From contig CAVVOP010000008.1 in assembly GCA_963749915.1 (NCBI GenBank), forward strand, positions 256,001 to 320,000: a stretch of 64,000 nucleotides of DNA, written 5' to 3'. The stretch is from an uncultured cyanobacterium. GTDB taxonomy: Bacteria > Cyanobacteriota > Cyanobacteriia > Cyanobacteriales > Cyanobacteriaceae. Shown piece after piece: positions 31,902-41,180 of the stretch. How positions within the stretch are numbered: the first letter of the stretch is position 1; every line of letters begins with the position of its first letter. Position numbers and translations under genes: made by a program. The notes below the pieces were generated by a model, which was not told the origin of the DNA, made no database searches, and was given only the letters and a program-made list of their open reading frames with translations.

Positions 31902-33944
31902 ATGTTTAAATTCGTCAGTAAAGATTTTTGGCAAAAATTAACTTCCATTCTCTTAGCAATGGGAGTTACTAATCCCTCTTTAGCCGCTGTACCAAGAAAT
32001 CCTGATAAAATAGAAGAGTGCGAGATTTTAGTGGTAGGTGCGGGGTTAGCAGGAACGGCTACTGCCTATGAAGCGTTATTAATGGGTAAAACTGTTTGTT
32101 TAACGGATATTACTGACTGGGTTGGTGGACAGATTTCTTCTCAGGGGACATCAGCATTAGATGAACGTAGGACTCAAAGACAAGAGCTATTTTTCCCTCG
32201 TGGTTATTTGGAGTTGAGAAGCAATATTGAGAAATTCTACGGAAAATTAAATCCGGGGCAGTGTTGGGTAAGTGATTCTTGTTTTTTGCCTAAAGATGCC
32301 AATAAAATTCTCGAAAATCAGTTAAAAGACGCGGCTAAGCGGGGCAGGGGGAAATTAAAATGGTTTCCCAATACCATCATCAAGGATTTAAAAATTGAAA
32401 CTGTCACTAATGATGGCACAGGTAAGCAAATTGTCGAGGCGATCGCCATTCAACATGAACCGCAACCGAATACACCTCCTTTAAATACTGAAACCCTATC
32501 CCAGGTAATCGAAGATGCCTATAGTTATAAGGACTCCGCTAGATTTAAAAAACGAATTATCAAATTTACGTCACCGAAAAATCCCAAAACACAGGGTAAA
32601 GCAAATTGGTTTGTAGTGGAGGCCACCGAAACAGGGGAATTAATCGGTTTAACAGATATACCCTATCTTTTGGGCATTGATCCTCGTTCTGAATTAGAAC
32701 CATCATCATCAAGTGAAAAACAAGATCCCTATTGTCCTCAAGGTTTCACTTATACTTTTGCTATGGAACAAACTGCCGAACCTCAACCGCAATCTGAGCC
32801 GAGTTTTTATAAACAATATGAGCCATATTATAGCTATGAGTTGGAAAGATTGGCCAATTTTGACCTAGTTTATACCTATCGCCGAATTTGGAAAGCCCAA
32901 AATAGCGAAACTGAGACTTTTAATGGTGTCAGCTTCACTAAACCCACAACCGGAGATATTTCCATGCAAAACTGGACATGGGGTAATGATTACCGTCCAG
33001 GTACATCAAAAGACAACTTAATCTACACTAGGGAACAACTACAGAAAACCGGACAATTAACCCCCGGCGGTTGGATGGGAGGCTTACGAACTGAAACCTT
33101 ATATAAAGCAGAACAAAACGCTCTCGGCTTCTATTATTGGTTAGTAGCAGGAACAACAGACTCCCAATTAGGTGACGGAGTTAAAGAACCGAACCCCAAC
33201 CAAAAATTTTTAACTGGGTTGGACTCTCCTATGGGTACTGTACACGGATTATCTAAGTATCCTTATATGAGAGAAGGACGCAGAATCATTGGGCGTCCTA
33301 ATTATTCCCAACCGGATGGTTTTATGGTCAATGAAATTGATATATCTCGCCGAAACTATCGAGATGAGTATTACCGTCAAACTCTCTCACCAGATCAATA
33401 TCGCCGTTTACAAGCTTTATTAGCCGGTTTGGAAGGATTTTCCGTATTAAGTGGTGAAGTTGCCCCCGATGATGTCAAAAATCGCAGTAGATCGACTATT
33501 TACCCCGATTCTGTGGGCATAGGACATTATGCCATCGATTTTCACCCCTGTATGACAGAAAGTCCCCATGAAAAACCCGGAAATACCGAGAGAAAAGGGG
33601 AAAGACGGGGACAAGGTCAGGCTTACCCCTTCCAAATCCCGTTATCTGCCATGATTCCCCAAAAAATCGACAATATGCTGGTGGCAGGAAAAAGTATTGC
33701 TACCAGTCATATTGCGGCGGCGGCTTATCGAGTGCATTCTTTTGAATGGTCGTCGGGTGCGGCGGCGGGTACTACAGCGTCTTTAGCTTTACAAAAAGGG
33801 ATTTTACCCTATGAATTTACGGAAGGTTTTGCCTTTAAAAATAAAAATTTACAGGAATTAAAGGCGACCTTAGAGAAAAATAACAACCCCACTAAATTCC
33901 CTAATACATCTATCTTTAACGATAATTGGGACGATTGGCAATAA
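31902..33944 (+). CDS. FAD-dependent oxidoreductase, probably exported
   Basis: VVGAGLAG, WVGGQISSQG, PYMREGRRI, PFQIPL..MIP. Confidence 0.85.
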   Translation: MFKFVSKDFWQKLTSILLAMGVTNPSLAAVPRNPDKIEECEILVVGAGLAGTATAYEALLMGKTVCLTDITDWVGGQISSQGTSALDERRTQRQELFFPRGYLELRSNIEKFYGKLNPGQCWVSDSCFLPKDANKILENQLKDAAKRGRGKLKWFPNTIIKDLKIETVTNDGTGKQIVEAIAIQHEPQPNTPPLNTETLSQVIEDAYSYKDSARFKKRIIKFTSPKNPKTQGKANWFVVEATETGELIGLTDIPYLLGIDPRSELEPSSSSEKQDPYCPQGFTYTFAMEQTAEPQPQSEPSFYKQYEPYYSYELERLANFDLVYTYRRIWKAQNSETETFNGVSFTKPTTGDISMQNWTWGNDYRPGTSKDNLIYTREQLQKTGQLTPGGWMGGLRTETLYKAEQNALGFYYWLVAGTTDSQLGDGVKEPNPNQKFLTGLDSPMGTVHGLSKYPYMREGRRIIGRPNYSQPDGFMVNEIDISRRNYRDEYYRQTLSPDQYRRLQALLAGLEGFSVLSGEVAPDDVKNRSRSTIYPDSVGIGHYAIDFHPCMTESPHEKPGNTERKGERRGQGQAYPFQIPLSAMIPQKIDNMLVAGKSIATSHIAAAAYRVHSFEWSSGAAAGTTASLALQKGILPYEFTEGFAFKNKNLQELKATLEKNNNPTKFPNTSIFNDNWDDWQ

Positions 33945-34082
33945 CAATTAAGAATTAACAATTCACTATTGACAATGAAAAAAGGGAATAAATAGTTGAC
34001 AGTTGATAGTTAATTAATTTTCTTCTAGTCTCCTAGACTTCCCTCTCTCCTAGTCAACCTGTCTCTGTCTTATGCCTTTGTG

Positions 34083-34193
34083 TTACTTGGATTCACCAGT
34101 GAGTTTTAATAAGAGAAAACCCCATGCTAAACCAACTAAAACAACTGTAAAACAAAGAATTGCACCGTTAAATAACATACTTTCAGCAGTCAT
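34083..34193 (-). CDS. petM: Cytochrome b6-f complex subunit 7 (absent from the ORF track)
   Basis: [36 protein letters not shown]. Confidence 0.9.
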   Translation of the reverse strand: MTAESMLFNGAILCFTVVLVGLAWGFLLLKLTGESK

Positions 34194-34405
34194 CATCTTA
34201 TTTCCTTAACTATTTATATTTTCTTATTAGTTTATCAGAATATCAACGATCGTCATCAAATGATTGAATTACCAGAGGAGAAGAGGAGGGCTAGTTGATT
34301 ATTTTGATAATTGTTAGAGTTTTATGCTACATAAATAGTACAAATAGATCAGATCTTCTCAAAAATCCGAAGTTATTTTTGGCAAGTCCTTATTCGACCT
34401 CCTAT

Positions 34406-34507
34406 TTAATTGCACAGGTCGGAAATTTCTGGATTTAAATATTGGATTTGACTTCTACCTTTTATTTGAGACCTAAACATTAACGGTACATTGTTATAAT
34501 TTGGCAT
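34406..34507 (-). pseudogene. Possible N-terminal remnant of a CRISPR type III RAMP (Cmr1/Cmr6-like) gene
   Basis: MPNYNNVPLMFRSQIKGRSQIQYL resembles the VPxMFRAQxxGRxQ start of cyanobacterial RAMP proteins (from recall, not searched). Confidence 0.35.
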
Positions 34508-34556
34508 AATTTTTTCTCAACACTTTAAGATTCTTGTTCAATAACTGTCTTGATTT

Positions 34557-35509
34557 GGTTGTGCATCAAATAACTGTGGGATAGCTGATTAAGTCATTCC
34601 AACTCCATCTCTCTTCAGTCAATCCCGCCCTCTGCGCTGCTGTCGTTCCTAACCGACTATTTTCCCAAATCCAATTGAAATAGCTGACCACTAACCTTGC
34701 CGTTACTTTCGTTTGCTCCCAGACCTTGGCAAATTTATTTTGTTGCCGATGCCATCTTCCTGTCTGTTGCCGGAGAATTCCATTAGTCCTCTCCAGCCTT
34801 TGGTTTCCTTTTTTACTGATCTGGTGCTCTATCTCCTCTGTTAATACCCTTTGATAACCCCTTAAGCCATCAGTATTCCAGTTTTGGCATTGGGTTTTTC
34901 CTTCTGTGGTCACGAGCATCTCCTCCAGAAGTTGATCCTTTCGTTTTCCTACACGAGCTGCCAGAATCAAGCCACTATCTTGAGCTAAACTAATTCCTAT
35001 CCAGCAATCCCCGGCTATTATTTCGTCTGGTTCGCATTGGCACTGTTTTGTCTTGGTGCGCGTTCCCTTGCGTCTTACGCCGACGCGGGGTCGCACCGCT
35101 TTTCGACAAATGACCACATTTCATCAGCGCTTACTTGTTCTGTTTCCACTTGTTGAACCTCAGCATTATGTATCATTTGAGCTTTTTGGCTAGCATCCCT
35201 AATCAAAGAAACTACGGTGCCGTAAGCCCTGCCACTGATTCGACTCACTCCTCTCAGGCTACTGCCTTCAGCATGAGATTGAAGAATGGTATGAACTTCG
35301 GCCGGATTGAGATGGCGGTTATAGTAAAGAGTCTCAAAATGTTCAGGAAAAGTTTTACCACAATGAGGACATTTATAACCCTGGTGTCCTTTCTCAGTTT
35401 TGCCATGTTTGTAAGCTTTATGGTGACCGCAGAGAAGACATTTCATAGAAATAAATAGAATACTACTTTTCTATCATACTCTCATCCCACAGATTTTTGT
35501 TTCACGACC
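34557..35509 (-). mobile_element. IS1-family element (InsA/InsB-type ORFs 35075..35446 and 34566..35117) disrupted at the frameshift junction
   Basis: Zinc ribbon plus HTH, DEMWSFV, LERTNGILRQQTGRWHR; imperfect IRs GGTTGTGCATCAAA and TTTGTTTCACGACC. Confidence 0.85.
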
Positions 35510-35634
35510 TTTATTTTGCCTCAGGGCAAACGCACACAAAACTTAACAAATTAGTAAAATAGCCCCAGCACCATCTACCTTAAAATAGGGTTGAGGTTTC
35601 GATACTTTAACTCCCTTGTCATGTTGTTAAAGCT

Positions 35635-37296
35635 ATGCTTCCAGACGATCTAGAATTATCCCTCTGTTCTGATTTGAGAACTTTGCAGCTGATTACAAAA
35701 AGTCTATTTGAGTTATATTTAAACAACTGCTACCAAGGCCGAGATCAATTATTGGCCTCAAAGGCTAAAAGAAGTTTATTCTATCTGCGCAAAACTGGCT
35801 CTCAAGAGTTTAGGGATGCCCTTTGTCAACAGTGGCAATGGTTTGGCGAAAAATCATATCAAACTGAATCTCGCTTTTTATTACATTACCTGTTTGGACA
35901 AAGAGATGAGATCACTCGTTTAGTACCTTGTTCTCAAAAAATAATAGCTTATGTTAAGACAGGTAATTTTGGGAATACGAAGGTAAGAGCCAAGGAATTT
36001 TTGTTAAATTTTCAGCAGTTAGTTCCCGGATTTAAATTTAGCGGCTATACCCATCACTCGAAAATCTGGAATCATTGTCGACTAGGTTGGGGCATAACCT
36101 CTAGTGCTGAATTTGAACAACTCTATTTTCAGGAATTAAACAGATGTCCTAGTCAAATTTCCCGTCGAGTTTATCTAGTTACGGGGAAAAAATATTATGA
36201 TGCACCGTCCCAAAAACAACCCCATCAACAAGAAGAACGGCAACAACAATTAACTATCATTGAGAAACTAGGAAGGCAACGAGAGGATTATCTGAGAAAT
36301 TCAGCCCAGGAAAAAATTTTGGCTTATCTCCATGACCAACCGAATTCCCTGACCCTAATGCTGAAAAAACATGGCTCGGAACTTTGGGACTTTAGCTTGA
36401 CTTTGCCAATGGAAAAACGCGAAAGTGTTCAGAGAACATTAACTTGGCTACTGGAAAATCCAGATATCCCGGTTCACTATGGAGCGGGAGAAAATACCTT
36501 AAGGCTAACTCCTCTAGGTATTTCCGTGGTTCAATTACCTCGCCAAATGCGCAAACATCTGATGCAAGGAAATTTGGAAGGAGATCTATCGGCTTGTCAG
36601 TTAGCATTGATGGCGGTAATTTGGGATATCCCCCCATTGAAATGGCGATTAGAATCAGAGGAAAATATTTGGCATTATTTAACCGAAGAAATCGGCCTAA
36701 AAAAATCACTGTTAAAGTTATTAATCTACGGTTTTAGTTATGGTGCCGCTTATTACTTAAAACGGACACCTTATCATGACGGAGATGGACTCTTAGGCAT
36801 CGTCGAAAGTTGGTTAGCAGAGCATCAACTTCCCATCGTAACGGAAGAAGTGACCAGGATTCTAAAAACTTTCCGCAGTTCTCCTGTGATCAAAGAACTA
36901 GTCAAAGCTAGGCGCAAGCATATGGTCCAATTGAAACAGAATCAAGGTTTTATTGACCCTTACGGGACTCATTGGCCGATGACCATCAATAGTAACGGCA
37001 AATCCAACGCTTATAAGTTATTAAGTATTGAAATGCAAGCCTGGGAATTTTGGTTGATGGAATCGGTCTATGATGTTTTAATTAGGTGGTCACAAGAAAG
37101 GCCGTCACAGGTAATCACCATTATTCATCAACATGATGGCTTAACTCTAAAATTAGCACAAAAAAGAATCAAACAGGATTTAATTAGAGAGATTGAAGCA
37201 TCATTAACCAATCGGACCATGGCTTGTACTCAATTAGGACTCAAAAGCCCAATCCCTGCTAAATTTGAAGTGGAATGGTTAAAGCCACAAATATAA
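35635..37296 (+). CDS. Divergent family-A (PolA/T7 superfamily) nucleotide polymerase-like protein
   Basis: TLRL..VQLP, motif A GDLSACQL (D317), motif B K361-x7-Y369G, GFIDPYG, MQ468, motif C HDG (D501). Confidence 0.7.
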   Translation: MLPDDLELSLCSDLRTLQLITKSLFELYLNNCYQGRDQLLASKAKRSLFYLRKTGSQEFRDALCQQWQWFGEKSYQTESRFLLHYLFGQRDEITRLVPCSQKIIAYVKTGNFGNTKVRAKEFLLNFQQLVPGFKFSGYTHHSKIWNHCRLGWGITSSAEFEQLYFQELNRCPSQISRRVYLVTGKKYYDAPSQKQPHQQEERQQQLTIIEKLGRQREDYLRNSAQEKILAYLHDQPNSLTLMLKKHGSELWDFSLTLPMEKRESVQRTLTWLLENPDIPVHYGAGENTLRLTPLGISVVQLPRQMRKHLMQGNLEGDLSACQLALMAVIWDIPPLKWRLESEENIWHYLTEEIGLKKSLLKLLIYGFSYGAAYYLKRTPYHDGDGLLGIVESWLAEHQLPIVTEEVTRILKTFRSSPVIKELVKARRKHMVQLKQNQGFIDPYGTHWPMTINSNGKSNAYKLLSIEMQAWEFWLMESVYDVLIRWSQERPSQVITIIHQHDGLTLKLAQKRIKQDLIREIEASLTNRTMACTQLGLKSPIPAKFEVEWLKPQI

Positions 37297-37299
37297 TAG

Positions 37300-37336
37300 A
37301 AATTCAGAATTCAGAATTCAGAATTCAGAATGCAGA
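37300..37336 (+). repeat. Heptamer short tandem repeat (AATTCAG)n
   Basis: Four exact copies plus one degenerate copy between the polymerase-like gene and recD2. Confidence 0.85.
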
Positions 37337-37366
37337 AAAAAATTGATGATGGTCTAAGAGAAATAA

Positions 37367-39673
37367 ATGTCCCAGAACAACTCCAATTATCAACGCTCGG
37401 AAACCCTTACCGGAGTAGTGGAAAGAATCACCTTTTCAGCTCAAGATACAGGTTATACCATCGCCCGGTTACAAGTAGTGGGGGAAAAAGAATTACTCAC
37501 CATCGTTGGCAACTTTGCCAATCTACAACCAGGGCAAACTCTCAAACTTTACGGCTACTGGAAAAATCACCCTAAATATGGTTTACAGTTTTCGGTCTTA
37601 AATTACGAAGAAACCAAACCTGCTAATATTACAGGGATAGAAAAATACCTGGGTAGTGGCTTAATTAAAGGAGTAGGTCCAGTTACCGCTAAACGCATCG
37701 TTAAACATTTTGGCTTAGCAACCCTGAATATTATTGAAGAAAATAGCGAACGGCTGATTGAAGTCGAAGGTATCGGCAAAAAAAGAGTCACCATGATTAA
37801 GCGGGCCTGGGCCACCCAAAAGGTGATTAAAGAAGTGATGATTTTCCTCCAAGGCCATGGAGTTTCCACCACCTACGCCGTTAAAATTTATAAACAATAT
37901 GGACCACAAGGGATCTCCATCGTCACCGATAATCCTTACCAACTAGCTGATGATATTTATGGCATTGGTTTCTTAACCGCTGACAAAATTGCGGTAAATG
38001 TGGGGATATCACCTTGGTCAAAATTCCGTTATCGGGCCGGTATCTTATATGCCTTGGCGGAGGCGGGAGATCAGGGGCATTGTTTTCTTCCCTTCCCCGA
38101 ATTGGTCGAAGCTGCCCGAAAAATCCTCACCAATGACCAGCATCAAGCGGAAACTCAGGCCATCGAAGCAGTCATCACCCAGATGCAAAAGGAAGCAGAT
38201 TTAGTCCTCGATCATCAGGATACATCAATACCGTTATGTTATAAACCGGCTTTTTATTACAGTGAAGAACATTTAGCCAAGTTACTCCACCAGAAAATCA
38301 GCTCTCCCGCCCCGATTCCCCAACAATGGTTAGCTAACTGGTTAAATCAATTTACCGCCCAACATCAGATTCAGTTATCACCGCAACAATACCAAGCCGT
38401 ATTGATGGCCGGGAGTAATCGGGTCATGATCTTAACCGGTGGCCCAGGATGCGGTAAAACTTTTGCGACCCGTACCATCGTGGCCTTATGGCAGGCCCTG
38501 GGGTTAAAGATCGCCTTAGCTGCACCCACTGGGAGGGCAGCGAAACGGTTAGCGGAAATGACTGGGGTGGAGGCGAAAACCATTCATCGTCTTTTAGAAT
38601 TCAATCGTACTACTTTAGAGTTTAATCGCAATCAAGATGATCCCCTTCCCTATCAAGCCATCTGCATTGATGAGGCTTCGATGTTGGATTTATTCTTAGC
38701 CTATTCCTTGGTGAAAGCCATCCCCCCGGATTGTTATCTCTTACTGGTGGGGGATGTAGAGCAATTACCCAGTGTGGGCCCCGGAAATGTGCTCCAAGAT
38801 TTAATCGATTGCCAACAAATCCCGGTGGTGCGTTTAACCCAAATATTTCGACAGGCGGCAGCCAGTGGGATTATTCGCTCGGCCCATGCCATCAATCAAG
38901 GGCAATATCCCCCCTTGGAAAAGATCTCAGCTCAACCCCAAAGCGATTGTTTATGGCACAATGGCGGGACTGAACCAGAACATGGTTTACAATTAATCTC
39001 GGAGTTGATTACTGATTTTCTACCCCATCTGGGTGTTGACGTGCAGACTGATTTACAGGTGTTATCGCCGATGACGAGGGGATTAGTGGGGACGAGAAAT
39101 CTTAATCAAGTAATACAAGGTATTATTAATCCCCCGCAAAACGGCAAGGTTGAGTGGAAAAGGGGCGGTGGTATTTTGCGCGAAGGGGACCGGGTTATTC
39201 AACAGAAAAACGATTATGATAAGGAGGTGTTTAATGGTGATTTAGGGGTAATTAGGCGGATCAATACCGTGGAACAAGAGGTGCTGATTGAGTTTGATGG
39301 TCGGAAAATTGTCTATGATTATGGGGATTTGAATGAGATTAGTTTGGCTTATGCGGTGACAATTCATAAGTCTCAAGGTTCGGAATATCCTGTGGTGATT
39401 TTACCTTTATATATGCAGCATTATTTAATGCTATCGCGGAATTTGTTTTATACAGGATTAACTAGGGCGAAAAAACTAGCTATTATTATTGGCCAGGAAA
39501 AACCCATTAGTGTTGCGGTCAAACAGGTAAAAGATCGCTTGAGATATACTAAATTGAAAGAAAGATTGGTTAGTTTTGTCAAACAAGAGAAATATTCTCC
39601 TTTTTCTTCTGTTAATAAAATTGGCCAAAAAGTTGCTGAGAATAAGGCAAATTGGGACGAGAATATTAAATAA
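37367..39673 (+). CDS. recD2: ATP-dependent RecD2-like SF1B DNA helicase
   Basis: N-terminal OB and HhH region, LTGGPGCGKT, AAPTGRAAKR, IDEASM, VGDVEQLPSVGPG, AYAVTIHKSQGSEY, YTGLTRAK. Confidence 0.95.
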   Translation: MSQNNSNYQRSETLTGVVERITFSAQDTGYTIARLQVVGEKELLTIVGNFANLQPGQTLKLYGYWKNHPKYGLQFSVLNYEETKPANITGIEKYLGSGLIKGVGPVTAKRIVKHFGLATLNIIEENSERLIEVEGIGKKRVTMIKRAWATQKVIKEVMIFLQGHGVSTTYAVKIYKQYGPQGISIVTDNPYQLADDIYGIGFLTADKIAVNVGISPWSKFRYRAGILYALAEAGDQGHCFLPFPELVEAARKILTNDQHQAETQAIEAVITQMQKEADLVLDHQDTSIPLCYKPAFYYSEEHLAKLLHQKISSPAPIPQQWLANWLNQFTAQHQIQLSPQQYQAVLMAGSNRVMILTGGPGCGKTFATRTIVALWQALGLKIALAAPTGRAAKRLAEMTGVEAKTIHRLLEFNRTTLEFNRNQDDPLPYQAICIDEASMLDLFLAYSLVKAIPPDCYLLLVGDVEQLPSVGPGNVLQDLIDCQQIPVVRLTQIFRQAAASGIIRSAHAINQGQYPPLEKISAQPQSDCLWHNGGTEPEHGLQLISELITDFLPHLGVDVQTDLQVLSPMTRGLVGTRNLNQVIQGIINPPQNGKVEWKRGGGILREGDRVIQQKNDYDKEVFNGDLGVIRRINTVEQEVLIEFDGRKIVYDYGDLNEISLAYAVTIHKSQGSEYPVVILPLYMQHYLMLSRNLFYTGLTRAKKLAIIIGQEKPISVAVKQVKDRLRYTKLKERLVSFVKQEKYSPFSSVNKIGQKVAENKANWDENIK

Positions 39674-40107
39674 CAGCCCTTAAATATTATATCCTCCTTT
39701 TTTGAAATCTCTGAACATTTCTTCTATTCCCATTCTCTTAGAATAAGCTGATATTGATGAGGATAGGGAAGAGGGGGAAGAAAAATCTAATACTTCCCAC
39801 ACTCCCCACACTCCTCATCTCATAAAGTTTGACCGCCTAACCGAGCAGTATTGTGTATCACCTCCACCAGAATGCTATTGTAAAAAACCTACCCCTGTGA
39901 GGGTGTCCAGTGCCAGAGCAGTGGGCGGATTGAACCAGCTAAAGAGCATTAGGACAGCGACCCACAGGCTCGGCATTAACCAGCGCAAAATCGGGTAGAT
40001 CATCTTAGACATCCGCTTTAAACTTGCCATTCGTTTGATAGAAGGTGTGCTGTCCTTTTGTAGGGCAGCTTTTTGATCTTGGTCGGCTCGACTTTGAGCT
40101 TAGGTGG

Positions 40108-40220
40108 CTACTGGTCTGCCAATTTTGAAATGAGGGATAAAACAATCCTCCAAAATCCAAAATCCAAAATCCAAAATTATCCGTTCCCAGTCCCTCAAAA
40201 CTATCTTGACAGACCACTAC
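40108..40220. mobile_element. About 110-bp MITE with (TCCAAAA)n core
   Basis: Ends CTACTGGTCTG and CAGACCACTAC; inverted copy of 61255..61359. Confidence 0.75.
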
Positions 40221-40663
40221 ATTGAGACCGGACAATCCGCTTGATCTGCATTGTCAGCGAAACAGACTATTCCCTGCTCCCAATCACCAAGAACCAGATT
40301 GAAGTAACGACCACCATCATAAATGTTAGCATCGTGTAGGGTCAGATCTAGCGAAGCTGTCACCAGGGGCAATCTAGCTCAAAAATATTGATATGTAAGG
40401 GTTGCAGATCTATTTTGCGATCGCTCTTTATCTAAAATATTGCAGGTTGTGACTACTTCCTACAATATTAGGAATTTATCAAAAAGTCAATTAGCTGAAA
40501 ATGATATAGGACATAGATTATAGCGATTATCAACTAGAATCTATTTTTACCGTCTCAAACACTGAAAACCGCAAAATTTTCTACATTGCCCCTCATGTCA
40601 CTCTCGCCAGTTTTACCCCTTGTTGCAAGAAGATCGCAGATTATTAACTATAATTTGAAAATT

Positions 40664-41035
40664 ATGCTTTTACTTTACGTACTTTTAGGATTAGTGGCTG
40701 GGTTTTTGAGCGGATTAATTGGTATTGGTGGAGGAGTAATTATTGTTCCTTCTTTAATCTTTTTGTTTGGGTTTTCCCAACACGAAGCTCAAGGTACAAC
40801 TTTAGGTTTATTAGTTCCACCTATTGGTATCCTTGCTGCTTGGACGTATTATCAACAAGGATATATGGATGTAAAAGTCGCTGTTTTTATCTGTTTAGGT
40901 TTTTTGTTAGGAGGTTTACTAGGGGCAAAACTAGCAACTAGTTTATCTAATGTTTTTTTAGAAAAGGTATTTGGAATCTCTTTACTGCTGATTGCTTTAA
41001 AAATGATTTTTTCTCAACCAACAACGGGAGGATGA
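40664..41035 (+). CDS. Sulfite exporter TauE/SafE family protein
   Basis: AGFLSGLIGIGGGVIIVP, QHEAQGTTL; likely start MLLLYV. Confidence 0.85.
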   Translation: MLLLYVLLGLVAGFLSGLIGIGGGVIIVPSLIFLFGFSQHEAQGTTLGLLVPPIGILAAWTYYQQGYMDVKVAVFICLGFLLGGLLGAKLATSLSNVFLEKVFGISLLLIALKMIFSQPTTGG

Positions 41036-41180
41036 ATCTTCATGGATCGAACTCTTTGGTATTATGTTTATGTATAAATAATTTACACAGAAAGGCGATC
41101 GCTACGGTCGAGGGCATCGCTTAATAAACCTCATCATGAGAACTTAAATTAAGCGGCAAAATAGTCTCTTAATTTTTTGT

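Noticed and set aside
35635..37296. Calling the ORF the host polA
   Set aside because: Much shorter than Pol I, lacks the 5' nuclease and proofreading domains, and the motifs are far more diverged than in cyanobacterial PolA
35635..39673. Absence of HIP1 sites as proof of foreign origin
   Set aside because: HIP1 sites are only a few kb apart on average in this window, so a 4-kb gap is weak evidence
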